DNA of 64,000 nucleotides from a virus. The stretch covers positions 34,045-98,044 of IMG/VR virus record IMGVR_UViG_3300025141_016680. One strand, given 5' to 3'. Position numbers and translations under genes: made by a program. The notes beneath the pieces were generated by a model. That model saw only the letters and a program-made list of their open reading frames with translations. It had not been told where the DNA came from and did no database searches. Shown here one piece after another: positions 36,733 through 46,384 of this stretch. Numbering within the stretch: position 1 is the stretch's first letter; each line of letters begins with the position of its first letter.

Positions 36733-39377
36733 CAGCTGACCTCAAATTTGTCAGCGTTATCTTCAATCCATTTATGAATGGCATCCAGAGTAGCCTTTCC
36801 GTTCTCAGATGCAGTGATCTTTGTGTATAAGGGACCACGACCAAGTCTAAGGGAGACAATCTTATTATTCCAGCGCATACCGGGCCTCACTCTATACTCT
36901 TCTCCGTCATCTGACTGAATTCTGATTGCCTTGGCTCTTCTCACATCCTCACCCTGACCCCTTCTAAGATCTCTAATATTAAATTCAGGTCCCAGATCTC
37001 TTGAAGCTTTATAGACGTGTGTTCTTCCCTGATTTCTAACAACTGTCCTTGTTCGACCTGTTATAACATCCTCAGCAGCCTCACCAGTTTCGGGATCCTC
37101 AGCGGCAGGCTCAACATCATCAGGTACCCAGTCAGCACTAATCTTTTCAACTTCCTGCGGTTTATCATCCTGCGGCTTGTACTCCTCAAGAATCTTTATA
37201 AAATCTGAAACGTAAATATGTCTGTCTGTTCCGGGATACTTCATATCACGCTGCTGGTTGTAGAATCTTACCCACTCCCAGAATCCAGGGCCAACTCCCC
37301 TGGGTCTGTGATTTAGATCAACCCAAAGTTCTCTGATTCTTCTAGCAGATTCTGTGTCATCAGAGAGGTTAACATACTGTTCCCAGTCCCGAGCATACTT
37401 CTTCTGTGTGCCACCAGCAGCCGGTTCAGCAGTAGCCGCTCCAGCATCCTCAGAACCAGCTTCCTCTTCGGCCTTGGTAGCGGCAGCTTCCTCTTCCGGG
37501 GCTGCCTCGACAGTTTCCTCTTCGGCCTTGGCGGCAGCCGCTTCTTCGGCGGCATCGGCAACCTCTTCTTCATCATCTTTTGTTCCTGGCAAAGGTAGGC
37601 TATCAGGAATTTCGTCCGGTGACGTGAATCCGGCATCTTTAATCGTTGCCTCTTCCCTGATTATCTTAAAGATAGCATGACGAAGTGATGTCTCCTCGAT
37701 GCCCACCACATCCTTTCCCGCCTGCCAGGCGGCTTTGCCGGCGCCAACCACAGTTTCTGCAGCATCAGATGCAGCATCCGTCATGCTGACAGCTTGCATT
37801 CTAGCTAGTGCAGCATTCTTGTCGCCTGGGATTCTCTTTGCCTCTGCTTCAAATTTCTGAATTGCTGTGGTCTTGGAGCCGCCTGCCATTACAGATTCCA
37901 GCGCTGCCAGAACAGCCCGCTTAAGCGCCGCCGCAAAAATATCTTCTTTCTCCCTGCCTATGCCAGCAAGCTGCTTAACTGTCACCCCTGGCTGGAATTG
38001 CTCCGTGATATCACGAATAATTGCTTTTTGGCTTTCTGTATCAAGCATTCCCTTAAGAATGACTGCGGCCTCCTTGCCCATGGGACAGTTTCCCCATTCC
38101 TCCGAAAGGCTTCCCAGCCAGATTGTTCCGTGGTGAGTGGTGAGCCAGGCGACTCCTTTTCCGGCACGTTTGTAGGCACCAGCTCGTGTCATCTGACCTG
38201 GGCTTCCTCCTGGGATCTTCCAGACCTTAGGTCGACCCTTAGTTAGTAATTCAAGAAATTGTCCCGCTGCATCTTCGGCCTGAAACGGGGAGAGACGTTT
38301 AACGCGAGCGGAATGCATTCCTGTACGCTGAAGAAGAATATGGGCCAGGTCTGCCTCGGCCTTGTTTGGATCCTTCTGAAATACTTTGAGAAATTTTTCG
38401 ATATCTTTCTGATCAATACTCTTGAGCGCTCGTTGCGCTGATTTTGTTAATTGCTCACCTACCTGTCTCCCTGCCATCCGACCGGTTTTCTTCCCCACCA
38501 GCGCTACGCCAGCAATTGCAGCTGGTGTGCCTATCCCACCGGAGGCCACAGCTCCCCCGATCAAACCAACTACTGCCACAGCATCCATTGTGTTGAGGAC
38601 AATGTCTAACCAGGGCGTCGGTTCTGTTCTTTGCCCGCCGTAGATTCCCATCATCATCTTTGTCTTTGAAAGTCCCTCAAAATCATCCTTAATCAATTGA
38701 TAGATCGGTTTGGCAACACTGTCAATAAACTCACTAGCACCAGTGACACCGTCTAGTGCAGCTTCGATAGTAGTCGCCTTCGTCTGCAGGCCTTTGCTTA
38801 CGTCAATGATCTTGGCTATATCCTCCTGTGCCGCCCGAGAGCAGGTTTCCGCAGCAGCATGATCCTCACTATAGTCCCTATAGTATGACTTGACATCACT
38901 AGCAATTGTATATGTTGCGGCAACCTTCCATCGATCTAGAAGGTCAGAGTCTTTTATCTCTCCGGCACGATCGATAAACTCCTCCCAGTCCGACCTGCTC
39001 GTGCCGTATCCAAGAATCTTCAAGGACCCTGTTGTGTCTGTAAGGAGACCATTTATTGTCGGCAATTTTGATAGACCTCGAACCTGGGCAGGATTGCCAT
39101 CTTGATCAATTACTGGTCTGAGAACATTAGGTAGATAAAAAGCATTAAGCCACTGCTTAAACTGAATGAGAAAGGTCGAAAACTCGCCATCATCTCCGCC
39201 TTGCACATAGCCACCTGGAGAAGTCAGTAGATGTCTCTGCGCCATCATAATCACCTCTTTTCTCTTGTTGTCCCCTTCATCTGGAATCCAATTAAATCTC
39301 TCAGAAAGTATGACAAGCCTCTTTCTTTCGATTTCCTCACGAATAATCGCTCTTGCTTGTTTTTCGGATAATCTCAC
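36732..39377 (-). CDS. Large leader-bearing hypothetical protein (881 aa)
   Basis: MRLSEKQARAIIREEI; internal SLRHAIFKIIREE; a Gly/Ala hydrophobic hairpin; an Ala/Glu low-complexity linker. Confidence 0.75.
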   Translation of the reverse strand: MRLSEKQARAIIREEIERKRLVILSERFNWIPDEGDNKRKEVIMMAQRHLLTSPGGYVQGGDDGEFSTFLIQFKQWLNAFYLPNVLRPVIDQDGNPAQVRGLSKLPTINGLLTDTTGSLKILGYGTSRSDWEEFIDRAGEIKDSDLLDRWKVAATYTIASDVKSYYRDYSEDHAAAETCSRAAQEDIAKIIDVSKGLQTKATTIEAALDGVTGASEFIDSVAKPIYQLIKDDFEGLSKTKMMMGIYGGQRTEPTPWLDIVLNTMDAVAVVGLIGGAVASGGIGTPAAIAGVALVGKKTGRMAGRQVGEQLTKSAQRALKSIDQKDIEKFLKVFQKDPNKAEADLAHILLQRTGMHSARVKRLSPFQAEDAAGQFLELLTKGRPKVWKIPGGSPGQMTRAGAYKRAGKGVAWLTTHHGTIWLGSLSEEWGNCPMGKEAAVILKGMLDTESQKAIIRDITEQFQPGVTVKQLAGIGREKEDIFAAALKRAVLAALESVMAGGSKTTAIQKFEAEAKRIPGDKNAALARMQAVSMTDAASDAAETVVGAGKAAWQAGKDVVGIEETSLRHAIFKIIREEATIKDAGFTSPDEIPDSLPLPGTKDDEEEVADAAEEAAAAKAEEETVEAAPEEEAAATKAEEEAGSEDAGAATAEPAAGGTQKKYARDWEQYVNLSDDTESARRIRELWVDLNHRPRGVGPGFWEWVRFYNQQRDMKYPGTDRHIYVSDFIKILEEYKPQDDKPQEVEKISADWVPDDVEPAAEDPETGEAAEDVITGRTRTVVRNQGRTHVYKASRDLGPEFNIRDLRRGQGEDVRRAKAIRIQSDDGEEYRVRPGMRWNNKIVSLRLGRGPLYTKITASENGKATLDAIHKWIEDNADKFEVS

Positions 39378-39507
39378 AGCAAACCCCGTGCACTTTTCAA
39401 TAAATATGATGAAAAAGACGTATTATTAATAGATGTGCATAGTTGAAAACTATCATATTTCGTGCAAAAAGTGTTAGTGTATTTTAAAATAAGAGCATGG
39501 AGGTAAA

Positions 39508-40041
39508 ATGGTACTATTCGCAACGATTCTAGCGACCTTTTCTATTGCCCAGGCCAATCACGATCGATTCTTTGAAGATGTGACTTTTCAGACGGTGTCT
39601 CAATTCACGGATAGCAACGGAATCAAGGTAACGTATAAGGGTCCCAGTGAAAAGGACTTCAGTGAATTTAAGAGCGTATTTTTGGAAACAGCGCTTAGGT
39701 ACAGAAGTTTTGCCGACACGGGTGAAGCGGTCTGTAAGAATATTATTCTAACTGTCTATGACATCCCGTATGAGATGCTAAATGACAAAAAGAGAACCGC
39801 ATTTGTTGACTGGGAGGGGAGAAATAGAGTCTATGGATTTTATGATAAGGTGGACGCGGGGCCAGGAGAGGTCGGAATGTTTCTAAGCTACTCAGATGAC
39901 ATCAAGGACTTTCAGCGTCAGTATATCATGGCACATGAAAGCGCTCACTACTGGCAAGATATTCTGTGTCAGGAACGACCTGTAAGTGAAATTGAAGCAG
40001 AAGCCACTGCTTACGGCAAGTATTTTATCAGTCTTCACTAG
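39508..40041 (+). CDS. Secreted HExxH protein
   Basis: Signal-peptide-like N-terminus, MAHESAHYWQ, GGAGG SD, own promoter at 39461-39490. Confidence 0.65.
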   Translation: MVLFATILATFSIAQANHDRFFEDVTFQTVSQFTDSNGIKVTYKGPSEKDFSEFKSVFLETALRYRSFADTGEAVCKNIILTVYDIPYEMLNDKKRTAFVDWEGRNRVYGFYDKVDAGPGEVGMFLSYSDDIKDFQRQYIMAHESAHYWQDILCQERPVSEIEAEATAYGKYFISLH

Positions 40042-40261
40042 TCTCTTTCTGGGGGGTAAAAGCCCGACTAACTTTAACAAGAGAGTCACTAGTGTCGGCA
40101 TCGTAGTGAGGAATCTCTAGCTTGCCAAGCTGGAATTTTTCAGCCCGTGTCTGGATGGGGTGTGAAGCACCATACCCTTTGAATCCTCTCACCTGCACCT
40201 TTCCCAAGTCCTCAACAATGAGGCGGATGTACTCTCTCAATTCTTTCGCATTGACTCTCAC
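40028..40261 (-). CDS. Leader-bearing small protein
   Basis: MRVNAKELREYIRLIVED. Confidence 0.65.
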   Translation of the reverse strand: MRVNAKELREYIRLIVEDLGKVQVRGFKGYGASHPIQTRAEKFQLGKLEIPHYDADTSDSLVKVSRAFTPQKETSED

Positions 40262-40575
40262 AGGATTTCCAAGATTCCCATTGCGATAATTGTGACAGTC
40301 TGCACCACAGCCCAGGTGGTGATTGCAGCCGTTTTAAACGTATTCAGTTTTTGAACATCGGCTGATAGCTCTTTTAACTGTGGTGGGCTAAGAACATCAT
40401 CAATTCTTAACCTCCAGGCTTTTAGATCTTCGACGTCATCTCGAACTCCAATGACATTAGCGAGCTCGGTCTTTATCTCTTCATTGACATTTCGGAGACT
40501 CTCATAGTTTTCGTTTAGTCTCTCTAGCTCCTTGAGAACATGTCGTGACCATTCATTCCAGCCATTAGTTTCCAT
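40258..40575 (-). CDS. Coiled-coil protein with a C-terminal TM helix (holin/XhlA-like)
   Basis: WNEWSRHVLKELERLNE coiled coil; hydrophobic C-terminus. Confidence 0.5.
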   Translation of the reverse strand: METNGWNEWSRHVLKELERLNENYESLRNVNEEIKTELANVIGVRDDVEDLKAWRLRIDDVLSPPQLKELSADVQKLNTFKTAAITTWAVVQTVTIIAMGILEIL

Positions 40576-40804
40576 CACTAGCCTCGGCAGATTCATCTTT
40601 ATCATTTTCACATAATTCTGAAACTATGCGATTGATCTTTTTTCGTGTCGCATCACAGCCTATGCTATTGACCTTGCTAAGTGATTTTTTTAGATCACCT
40701 GAAATCCAGTCAAGACTAAAGCTCTTGGGTGGTTCATTACAGGTGATAAGCTTCTCTGTTAAACTCTTCAAATAATCTAAACCCTTTCTTGACATCTTTG
40801 ACAT
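40565..40804 (-). CDS. Hypothetical protein
   Basis: ORF track; operon packing. Confidence 0.45.
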   Translation of the reverse strand: MSKMSRKGLDYLKSLTEKLITCNEPPKSFSLDWISGDLKKSLSKVNSIGCDATRKKINRIVSELCENDKDESAEASDGN

Positions 40805-40861
40805 CTTCCAAACCCCCGGACGTGTAAACGCTGACTTATAAACGCTAAATTAATTTACTAA

Positions 40862-41116
40862 CTAAACTGACTGACCCTGATCGGACTGACGTAACTTCGT
40901 AACATGAGAGATTAATTTCTCTATGATGCCAGAAACAGGCTCTACCATGCTTGCTAGCTGCTGCTGGATTGCAACTATGTCCTCCTCAATATTCTTGTAG
41001 ACATTTTCACGCTGGCCCTGCTGTTCTGCAGGAATCTCAATCACATTATCTTGCTCTGCAAGATGAATGATCTCCTCACGAATAAGCTGTCTAAGTGTGA
41101 TGCTACTGACTTTCAC
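40862..41116 (-). CDS. Leader-bearing small protein
   Basis: MKVSSITLRQLIREEIIHLAE. Confidence 0.7.
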   Translation of the reverse strand: MKVSSITLRQLIREEIIHLAEQDNVIEIPAEQQGQRENVYKNIEEDIVAIQQQLASMVEPVSGIIEKLISHVTKLRQSDQGQSV

Positions 41117-41199
41117 GCAATCCTCGCTCTCATGAATTTAATTATTTCTGCTACAACCAAATAATTAATTGTTGAATAAATCGTGCAGGGGACTATACT

Positions 41200-42291
41200 G
41201 TGAAAATATCTAAAGAAGAATTAAAAAATCTCGTCCAAGAAGAGATCCAGAAGATCATTAGCGAGAATCTTCTCAATGAGGCCAAGGATGTTAGCGACCA
41301 GGAATACATGGAATTGACGATGGCCAGCACAGAGGGTGACAACGAAGAATTTTTAAGATTGTGGGGAATATATGGTGACCCTAATGAGTATGTCCAAGAT
41401 GAAAGGATGAAGTACATGCTCAATCAGGGGATCGAGGCCAAGCTCCTTGACTCGGAAGGAAGACCTACTGCTCTGGGGGCGGGAGCGGATCCCCTTGCTG
41501 TCAGAGGTCTAGGCGCAGAGAAAAAGTCCTCCCGAACCATTCGAAAAGCAACATACACAATTGAAGATCTCAGGTCTGGAAAGGCTGTGGCAAGAATGGG
41601 TGATCGAGGCGGCATTGTAAAAACACTACAGAACATGTTGCTAACAGTTGGTGAAAAATTGCCCAAATATGGTACTGATAGTGACTTTGGGGGTGAAACT
41701 AAGGCAGCAGTTATATCATACCAGAAAAAAAATAACCTAAGTCCTGATGGTGTAATCGGAAAAAACACTTTTGCCAAGCTCTTTAGTGAGATAGGTGCTA
41801 TGCCTGACATTGACGACGGCACCGATAAGCTGACAGCCGGAGAGGTGCCGGGAGAAAAAGGCTCCAGAGCACTACCTGGTCCTGAATCTCTCTTTAATAA
41901 AGCCACATTTGTTCCGATTCTAAAGAGGGTCATCACCGCCGACATAGCTGATGAACAAGTGGCCTCGATTCATGCCGAGCTATTGTACAACGTTCTGGTG
42001 GGATCAGATCCGGCCGACGAAGCTGCCTTCACTTTCTGGAATGAAATCGACGTCGGTGAACGAGATAGATACCTAAATACTGCTGTGTTGATGGCAAAAA
42101 TGCCCGCTGAGTTTCCGAATCCTGAAGATGTCACTGATATTGTGAGGGGTAACCAAAGCTGGGAAGACGAGTTCCTGGAAGACCAGGCAACCTGGGAAGC
42201 ACCGAAAGAATCACTCGAAGAATCCTCCTCTCAGGATGGAAGCATTCTGAATGAGCGCTGGCAGAGACTTGCCGGAATAGATGTGCTGTAG
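41200..42291 (+). CDS. Leader-bearing protein with a peptidoglycan-binding (PG_binding_1-like) domain
   Basis: MKISKEELKNLVQEEI; GDRGGIVKTLQNML...DSDFGGETKAAVISYQKKNNLSPDGVIGKNT; C-terminus LNERWQRLAGI. Confidence 0.8.
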   Translation: MKISKEELKNLVQEEIQKIISENLLNEAKDVSDQEYMELTMASTEGDNEEFLRLWGIYGDPNEYVQDERMKYMLNQGIEAKLLDSEGRPTALGAGADPLAVRGLGAEKKSSRTIRKATYTIEDLRSGKAVARMGDRGGIVKTLQNMLLTVGEKLPKYGTDSDFGGETKAAVISYQKKNNLSPDGVIGKNTFAKLFSEIGAMPDIDDGTDKLTAGEVPGEKGSRALPGPESLFNKATFVPILKRVITADIADEQVASIHAELLYNVLVGSDPADEAAFTFWNEIDVGERDRYLNTAVLMAKMPAEFPNPEDVTDIVRGNQSWEDEFLEDQATWEAPKESLEESSSQDGSILNERWQRLAGIDVL

Positions 42292-42299
42292 TCGGGGAT

Positions 42300-42641
42300 G
42301 TGAAACCGATAATTGTCAGAAATAGTCTTATTCCAAGGCTAATGAGTGTTTTCATTCGGGTCCACGCAATCACCCTCTGGCCCTTTATCTTTATTAGGGA
42401 TGAGGGAAGCAATACGACTCTTAATCATGAGAGAATCCACATAAGACAGCAGGCCGAATTGTGGATCATTGGATTCTACATCTTATACATCCTGGACTGG
42501 TTCAAGGGTCTAAGAATTTATGATGACGCCGGTGCTGCTTATGCGTTTATTAGATTCGAGCAGGAGGCACATGAAAATCAGAATGATGCTTACTACTGGC
42601 TCACTCGAAAAAAATTTGCCTGGAAGGACTACATCGTATAA
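42300..42641 (+). CDS. Small HExxH membrane-associated protein
   Basis: AITLWPFIF, LNHERIHIRQ, IRFEQEA. Confidence 0.65.
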   Translation: MKPIIVRNSLIPRLMSVFIRVHAITLWPFIFIRDEGSNTTLNHERIHIRQQAELWIIGFYILYILDWFKGLRIYDDAGAAYAFIRFEQEAHENQNDAYYWLTRKKFAWKDYIV

Positions 42642-42871
42642 TTGAGACTCATGATTCCGCTAATGATCATGAGAAGCGCAGCACTAACAATTATAGAGAG
42701 GCATAGGATTCCTGTGAGGAGCGAGCCCTTGTTTAAGCCTTTCCACTCTGCCCACTCACTTATGCTCTTTCGGATCGGGATGTGAGGCAGCTCCTCTGGC
42801 TCACTCTCAATTCTAATTTCCGGAGGAGTTCGTATCAGCTTAAGATAGTCTGGTCTTTCACTATCACTCAT
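42629..42871 (-). CDS. Hypothetical membrane protein
   Basis: C-terminal TM helix. Confidence 0.5.
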   Translation of the reverse strand: MSDSERPDYLKLIRTPPEIRIESEPEELPHIPIRKSISEWAEWKGLNKGSLLTGILCLSIIVSAALLMIISGIMSLNYTM

Positions 42872-43347
42872 TTTCTCTCCGTGGGTGTGTAGACAATTCG
42901 AGTCCCCATGACCCTATCGATGACATCAGACCTAACACCCCAGTTGGCATGTTGATTCTTTCCCATGTGATGGTCATAGTGCCATGGAACATGGATCTTC
43001 GCCCACTCCGGATTCAGGTGAGCTCTCTTGTGAACCTTGTGGTAGTGAAAAGAAGAAACCATATTTGTCAGAACGAACCAGGGAGCGATAGCGATAAGGG
43101 GAAGATGAGCGATGTTAAGAAGGAAAAGTGCCACAAGTTCCTTTCCACCTGCATCCCATCTAAATTTTTCGTAGATAGAATCATAAAATTCATTTTTACG
43201 TGAGTTTCGGTGGTGCTCCTGAAAGTGAAAAGAGAGAACGTGATTATTGGAGGTGCCAAATTTGTGTAAGATGTGTTTGTGGAGCACCCACTCCATAATG
43301 TGGCCGTATGCCCACGCTACGAGGATCTGACAGCCGATCCAGAACAC
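42868..43347 (-). CDS. Fatty acid hydroxylase / sterol desaturase family protein
   Basis: His boxes HKHILH, HFQEHH, HKRAH, HYDHH, NWGV. Confidence 0.85.
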   Translation of the reverse strand: MFWIGCQILVAWAYGHIMEWVLHKHILHKFGTSNNHVLSFHFQEHHRNSRKNEFYDSIYEKFRWDAGGKELVALFLLNIAHLPLIAIAPWFVLTNMVSSFHYHKVHKRAHLNPEWAKIHVPWHYDHHMGKNQHANWGVRSDVIDRVMGTRIVYTPTERK

Positions 43348-43394
43348 CTACACTAAACCTCTCTTCTAATAATACCTATCTGACAGTGAAGTTT

Positions 43395-43904
43395 TTAGGA
43401 GGAGAGAACAGGAGTGCCTATCAGAGTGGCAACCTCAACTGAAACATCAGCGATCTCGCGGTGGATGGGACGAAGCTCATCGGTTATGCCAAGAGTGGGG
43501 TCCAGACGAAACGACTCCAGGGTTCTTTGAACGGCACCCTTCTTGTCGAGATCGAACTTGGACTTACTTGCGATATCCAGCATCTTTTGAAAATTTTTGC
43601 CTTTTAACATCTGCCACTTGGCACCCCGATCAGGAAGTCCAAGAACACCTGACTTAAGTTCCATCATTCCACGCTTCACAGCGTCGGAAAGAAGCTTAAG
43701 AGCCTTATCATAGTCAATTCCATCTTCGTCGGGCTCTTTACCAACTGCGCGAAGAGAAGCAGCAGCAGAGGAGAGATCTGTAGCGACATCATCTAGATCG
43801 ACATCTCCGTCTCCATCCGAGTCGGCAGCCTCTTGAAATATTAGGCCGCCTATCTCGTTGAGAATTAGATCACGGAGAGAAAATTTATCCAACGAATTGG
43901 CCAT
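43395..43904 (-). CDS. Leader-like hypothetical protein
   Basis: FSLRDLILNEI near the N-terminus; DSDGDGDVD Ca-binding-like loop. Confidence 0.6.
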   Translation of the reverse strand: MANSLDKFSLRDLILNEIGGLIFQEAADSDGDGDVDLDDVATDLSSAAASLRAVGKEPDEDGIDYDKALKLLSDAVKRGMMELKSGVLGLPDRGAKWQMLKGKNFQKMLDIASKSKFDLDKKGAVQRTLESFRLDPTLGITDELRPIHREIADVSVEVATLIGTPVLSS

Positions 43905-43910
43905 CTAGCT

Positions 43911-44504
43911 CTATCCTTTGCTAAATTTCTTTATCTTAGGTTCTCGGACCTCATGGTGATGATGCTTTTCGGTTAGAATGGAAAGAGAGCTAGCAGGAAT
44001 GTTTTCGACGAGTGCATCTCCAAACTTAACATCGTACCAGTCAACATCACCGTTCTCTGTTAAGGAGTGCCAGACAGCATTTCCGATTTGATTTGTCTCA
44101 CCCTTGACACCGAATTCATTTTGCTCCTTGAGAGTCTTAAAGGCGACGTGATTAGCACAGGCGTGACCGAGAAGCTTCTTCTGGTCGGCGTTCAGCTTTG
44201 CCTTCACCATACCACTTCCGTGAGGAGCGGCCTTGTCACCTTTCGCGATATTTGCTATTTCCTCCTTGATCATCTCTCTAATGTCAGACATGCTCACGTG
44301 GGCTGTCTCACAGACACCGTGATCATAGGCTTTGACATAGTCCACCTGGTGAACAAGGTTGTCACCCCCGTCAAAAACGTCCTCTCGGGTTTCGATGTCA
44401 CTAACAGACTTACCGCCGAGTGTAGGATCCTTGAAACGATCCTCAGACTTCTTGGCCTCTTCGAGAATCATATCTTTAAGCTCTTCAATTGAAATTTTAG
44501 CCAT
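43911..44504 (-). CDS. Leader-bearing protein (two leader copies) with a His-rich C-terminal domain
   Basis: MAKISIEELKDMILEE; internal VSMSDIREMIKEEI; HACANHV...WYDVKF...EKHHHH. Confidence 0.7.
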   Translation of the reverse strand: MAKISIEELKDMILEEAKKSEDRFKDPTLGGKSVSDIETREDVFDGGDNLVHQVDYVKAYDHGVCETAHVSMSDIREMIKEEIANIAKGDKAAPHGSGMVKAKLNADQKKLLGHACANHVAFKTLKEQNEFGVKGETNQIGNAVWHSLTENGDVDWYDVKFGDALVENIPASSLSILTEKHHHHEVREPKIKKFSKG

Positions 44505-44541
44505 TTTTTGCTCCAATACGTTAGATAAATATCCCACTCAC

Positions 44542-44766
44542 CTACAAATTGTAGGGATCATTTATAAGCATGAGCCACTCGTGGTCCACAGCAATCTCAA
44601 TCTTTCCTCTAAAGTAAATGTCGTAGACAATTCGCGGCTTTTTGTGAAATGTCGCATCTTTTGGATAACCTTCATACTGTCGAAGGATAAGACCAGGAGG
44701 AACACACTCAACAGGCTCCATTGAGTCATGCTTTCGGACACAGACTAGGGACCCAGTTAAGAACAC
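44542..44766 (-). CDS. Small SH3/KOW-like hypothetical protein
   Basis: TGSLVCVR...PGLIL...YDIYF pattern. Confidence 0.45.
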   Translation of the reverse strand: MFLTGSLVCVRKHDSMEPVECVPPGLILRQYEGYPKDATFHKKPRIVYDIYFRGKIEIAVDHEWLMLINDPYNL

Positions 44767-44836
44767 TCATTTAAGTATCGATTCATTTTAAAAATCTACG
44801 ATTTTTAAAAATTCTCTCACTTACGAATAGTGTCCT

Positions 44837-45034
44837 CTAGAGGGGTACGACCCCTGTCATTCCTGTGCAGGTGCCACCGAGAATCACGGCGTAGAAGAAC
44901 CAGCCTCCGAAGACAGCACCACAGAGGAATCCCTCCGACCAGGTGCAGATCGCAGCTAGCCACCAGGCAAGCCTATGATCACCGACCAGGAGCTCATTGA
45001 TAAGATGGGTGATACCCTTTGATAGTCGTCTCAT
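44837..45034 (-). CDS. Small hydrophobic protein
   Basis: Hydrophobic ORF preceded by an ATAGTTA box. Confidence 0.4.
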   Translation of the reverse strand: MRRLSKGITHLINELLVGDHRLAWWLAAICTWSEGFLCGAVFGGWFFYAVILGGTCTGMTGVVPL

Positions 45035-45070
45035 GTAACTAACTATGTCACGCGGCTAGAAAGTAAGTGA

Positions 45071-45682
45071 TCAGAGAAGGCGGAAGATGAGATATTCGCC
45101 GACCTCACGATCCAGCGAGGCCACGCGTGAGATACGGTTGATCCACCACTCCTTGGGTTGCACGGTCAGGTGAGTGCCACCGGACTGCTTATAGGCGATC
45201 TGGAAGATAAAACCGACACTGGCGATGCGCGCGAACTCGTCAAGGGTCTCGTCGATATCCTCCTCAAATATGTGCTCCATCATGTCAAAGGCGGTGATCC
45301 ACTCCACGGAGTTATCGTCAATAGGTACCTCCCAGGCGGGAGCTGTGATCCATGTGACTCCCTCACCCTCTGCGGGACACACCCAGTCAACGCCGATAAT
45401 GGGGTCAATGCCCTGGTCCCTGGCCCAGAGACAGAAACGTCCGTCCCCCGTTCCTATGTCACAGACAGAGCCAACTCCCATCTCGGCGAGATAAGGAAGG
45501 AAGCCGCGAGCGTGAAAGCCGGTGTCCTTGGAAGCACGATTAACTCCCAGTGCATCCTTATAGGAGAATAGGTCCTTATAGTAATTGTAGTAGCCCCAGC
45601 GAGTGTCAAAGAATACTGGGCTCTGCTTATAGGTGAGATCCACTGAGTCCATGGGATCCCGAGTGTCTGAGTTATCAGCCAT
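45071..45682 (-). CDS. Class I SAM-dependent methyltransferase
   Basis: VCDIGTGDG, GVDW, FDMMEHI, HLTVQPKEWW; AGGAGG SD before MADNS. Confidence 0.85.
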   Translation of the reverse strand: MADNSDTRDPMDSVDLTYKQSPVFFDTRWGYYNYYKDLFSYKDALGVNRASKDTGFHARGFLPYLAEMGVGSVCDIGTGDGRFCLWARDQGIDPIIGVDWVCPAEGEGVTWITAPAWEVPIDDNSVEWITAFDMMEHIFEEDIDETLDEFARIASVGFIFQIAYKQSGGTHLTVQPKEWWINRISRVASLDREVGEYLIFRLL

Positions 45683-45773
45683 GTTGTTTTCCTCCTGGTA
45701 ACGGTAACAATTAAATATGGAGTATTCTGAGGGAAGACCGAGCAGCCCGCACCCGTTTGTTGCGCCCGAGCAT

Positions 45774-45800
45774 AAAAAAAGGGGGTGCCAAGGCACCCCC
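45774..45800 (-). terminator. Intrinsic terminator
   Basis: Minus strand GGGGGTGCC-TT-GGCACCCCC followed by T7. Confidence 0.85.
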
Positions 45801-45823
45801 AGTGGTTTTGGATCTCTTAGAGA

Positions 45824-46042
45824 CTATGCGTCAGACGACGGGCTCAGGGTGTCATTGAGGAATCCCTGTAGAGCGCGTGCTTCCTTCACCGTCATGGTGA
45901 GGCTGGACGTGCCAGTGGCGTACTTGTCAGAGCTCGAGCGTGTCGAGATCTTTACGGTGTTAGAACCGGCCTTCTTGGCGATGGTGTTACGGTTGACTTC
46001 GAAGTTGAAGCGTTGTGTTGACTTTGACTTATTATAGATCAC
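45824..46042 (-). CDS. Small basic protein in its own transcription unit
   Basis: AGGAG SD, promoter-like element 46096-46125, terminator downstream. Confidence 0.7.
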   Translation of the reverse strand: MIYNKSKSTQRFNFEVNRNTIAKKAGSNTVKISTRSSSDKYATGTSSLTMTVKEARALQGFLNDTLSPSSDA

Positions 46043-46138
46043 GTAATTCTCCTGTTTTGTTGATACGTGTGACTCAGTTATCTCTGAATCTCGTAATAAT
46101 ACACAGGGTAACCCGGATGAACAAGAAAAAGTGCTAAA

Positions 46139-46330
46139 TTATTGTCCTTGAAGACCCCAGAGCTTTATCACCTTATCCATGACGAATTCCATGCTAACTT
46201 CTAGGTCTTTAATTCTCTCCTCGGGAGATTTTTCTCTCTGGGCCGCTGACGTATGAAAGACGTCCTGTTCTGCGAGAAGTGCGGCCTCTTCTATGATCAT
46301 CTGTCTGAGTTGCTTGCTTGTAAGTTTCAT
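46139..46330 (-). CDS. Leader-bearing small protein
   Basis: MKLTSKQLRQMIIEEAALLAE. Confidence 0.7.
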   Translation of the reverse strand: MKLTSKQLRQMIIEEAALLAEQDVFHTSAAQREKSPEERIKDLEVSMEFVMDKVIKLWGLQGQ

Positions 46331-46384
46331 GATAAGTCTAGACCCATGTCTGGTGTAATGTATCTATAGCTATTCTAAAACGGT

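Noticed and set aside
44786-44810. Perfect AT-rich palindrome TTTTAAAAATC-TAC-GATTTTTAAAA
   Set aside because: A single low-complexity instance; could be a terminator or operator, but there is too little support to call.
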